Part shown: piece by piece, positions 61,514-64,000 of the stretch
Position numbering within the stretch: the first letter of the stretch is position 1
Layout of the letters: each line of letters starts with the position of its first letter
DNA from: Malacoraja senta
Lineage: Eukaryota
DNA length: 64,000 nt
Assembly: GCA_038087875.1 (NCBI GenBank)
Contig: CM075994.1
Location: 9,302,001-9,366,000 of the forward strand
Direction of reading: 5' to 3'
Made by a program: the position numbers and the translations under genes
The notes under the pieces: generated by a model
Seen by the model: only the letters and a program-made list of their open reading frames with translations
Database searches by the model: none
Told to the model about the DNA's origin: nothing

Positions 61514-64000
61514 TTGTGTCCTCCCGTGTGAACATGGGACCGAACGAGTCTCACTTAGTCTAGTACCTACTTAAACACTGCCCCTTTGTGTGGGGATTAG
61601 AGTTGCTTTGTATAGTCTGTATCTAACTGAACTTTATTGCCTTCCCTCACAGTGGGAAACGTTGATTCCGCTGTGTGGGGATGTTTATGTTAAATTCTAT
61701 CGTGTGTTGTGTTCTTTTCTATTCATATGGCTGTATGGGTAACCCAAATTTCACTGTACCACTTGGTGCATGTGACAATAAATGTAAACTTGAGCTTCAA
61801 CTTGAACGTGTAAGACTCACTACCACACCCGCCTGGAGAAATAAAGATTCACTACTTGATTACTGATTTTATTGCGTTTTTATCTGTTTGAAATGAAATG
61901 AACCAAATCACATTTATGGGAAAATCCTGGCTCTAGTAATTATCACTCCATTATCATCTCTTCCAGTAATTCAGGATTTCTCTATCATGTAGTCATCAGC
62001 AATTCGATCTTTCCTTGCCTCCTCTCCCCTACCTCTGTAAGACCATCCCATAGTCAAAATCACAAGGGGGTTTTCAATAAAGGCTCAGAGTGCTGGCGTA
62101 ACTCGGCGAGTCGGGCAGCATCTCTGGAGAACACGCACTGGTGCCATTTCCTGTTGGGATCCTTCTTCAGATTTCAGGAATTTGAAGACGTCTGTTTGAA
62201 AATTTTCCTGTTTTTCTCTCTTGCCCTCAAAGCTCAGCTGTTCAAATCCAAAGATGAATTACCTTGTGGTCCTGGTAGCTGGTCTCATTCTTAGTGCCTC
62301 TCCAGGTAAGGAAATATAACTATTGTTGTTGTCCTCTAGTTTAACTGTGGAAAGGCATTTTAGATTCTCAAGTGGGATTGGAATTCTTGGTTATACATTT
62401 AGCTTGTGTGTTCGTTCACATGTAGAGAATTTGTTACTGAATATGGAGTTAGTTATTGTCAAGTCAAGAGTGTTTTATGGTTATATGTCCCAGATAGAAG
62501 GAATGGTGATGTTTCAGGTCGAGACCACTGATCCCTCTAATTTTTAGTAGTTCGTGTACGCAGACATCTTGTATAGTGCAATTTTGTTATGCCTGTATTG
62601 CCATGCTTTAATATAATACAAATATCATATTTGTAGAAATATTAATGCAATTTATGAAGTTATGTGTTCAGTTAAGATTTTATCCTATACTTTGAAGTTT
62701 GAACTCATTTATTCAGTTTGTTGTGCAATTAAATAAAATATCAATGAGTATTTGTTCTCCTCCCCCTCTCCCCTTCCCTTTCCCATTCCCCTCTCCACCC
62801 ATCTCTCCCTTTCCCCCATCCGCCCCCTCCCCACCTCCCTCTTCCTCCTCTCCAAGGTCCAATCCCATCTATTTACTCAGCGGACTGGCAGCATCTCCGG
62901 AGAGAAGGATTAGGTGACGTTTCGGGTTGACACCCTTCTTCAGACTGAGAGTCAGGAGAAAGGGAAATGACAGAAATAGACCAGTGATGTACAGAGATAT
63001 AGAACAAACAGGTGGTTCCCATTGGCCCCGTTCCCCCAACGTAATATTCCACACTAACAGATAGCCCCTAACTGCCTCTTTTCCCCCCTCTTCTCCTCCC
63101 CTGCACACTCGCTCCCTCACCTCTTCCCTCCCTCTCCTTTCTTCTACCCTCAGCCACTCCCTCCTTCCCTCCATAACCCCTCTACCCTCCCTACACCCCT
63201 TGATGTAATTGAGGGGGGTAACACTGCTGAGGGGCAGACAATATGTAAATGAGATCCCATTGTGATGTCATCGTGGGGAGCATCACTGCTGAGGGGCAGA
63301 GTTGGTTTTAAGTGTTTTTAATGTTTTTAACGTGAATAACTTGTAAAAGGTTGGAACAATCTGAACAAAACTTATTTTTTGTCACATCACAGGACAATGG
63401 TGAGTATGGTGGTGCGAAAATTGTACTGCTATTGTGTACCGTTTTTGTGCAAATATAGGTACAATCTGGACAAACAAACAAGATGAGAGTTTTAGTAATG
63501 CACTGGAGGAGGGGGGGAGAGAGGAGGGGGGGAGAGAGGAGGGGGGGAGAGAGGAGGGGGGGGAGAGAGGAGGGGGGGGAGAGAGGAGGGGGGGAGAGAG
63601 GAGGGGGGAGAGAGGAGGGGGGGAGAGAGGAGGGGGGAGAGAGGAGGGGGGAGAGAGGAGGGGGGGGAGAGAGGAGGGGGGAGAGAGGAGGGGGGGGAGA
63701 GAGGAGGGGGGGAGAGGAGGGGGGGGAGAGAGGAGGGGGGGGGGAGAGAGGAGGGGGGGAGAGAGGAGGGGGGGAGAGAGGAGGGGGGGGAGAGAGGAGG
63801 GGGGGGGGAGAGAGGAGGGGGGGGAGAGAGGAGGGGGGGAGAGAGGAGGGGGGGGAGAGAGGAGGGGGGGGGAGAGAGGAGGGGGGGAGAGAGGAGGGGG
63901 GGGAGAGAGGAGGGGGGGGAGAGAGAAGGGGGGGAGAGAGGAGGGGGGGAGAGAGGAGGGGGGGGAGAGAGGAGGGGGGGGAGAGAGGAGGGGGGGGAGA
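61514..64000 (+). repeat. Near-identical duplicate of 52707-~55200
   Basis: Offset ~8807; the differences are mainly 1-bp indels. Confidence 0.9.
62254..62305 (+). CDS. Second occurrence of the paralog exon 1 (inside the post-gap duplicate)
   Basis: Identical to 53446-53497. Confidence 0.6.

Noticed and set aside
61024..61563. ORFs spanning the N gap
   Set aside because: Artefacts of unknown bases.

Overview
Repeat-dense vertebrate genomic DNA. The CR1/L2/L1/Rex/Penelope/Tc1/V-SINE mix suggests a cartilaginous fish such as a skate or ray (inference). The only complete host gene is a 3-exon Ly6/uPAR (three-finger) gene on the minus strand, join(2584..2533,1425..1318,331..144), encoding 115 aa with a signal peptide, a 10-Cys LU domain and a GPI-type tail. 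An inverted, head-to-head paralog (promoter plus exon 1) lies at ~53.4 kb and recurs after a 200-N gap, probably as an assembly false duplication. Between the two copies are: (i) non-autonomous Helitron-like elements carrying variable minisatellites; (ii) a tandem array of a ~3.2 kb base unit with five gene-less copies of the Ly6 5' flank, each next to a Penelope-like (GIY-YIG) element; (iii) a recent 11.95 kb duplication whose crossover maps to ~60 bp inside a Penelope 3' end; (iv) a full-length L2/Crack-like LINE; (v) an L1 with a 371-bp flanking duplication; and (vi) a 4.2 kb TIR element with a strong CTCF motif. Penelope 3' ends and their dispersed short derivatives carry minimal hammerhead-ribozyme-like motifs. 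All coordinates were read by eye, and no database search was possible.
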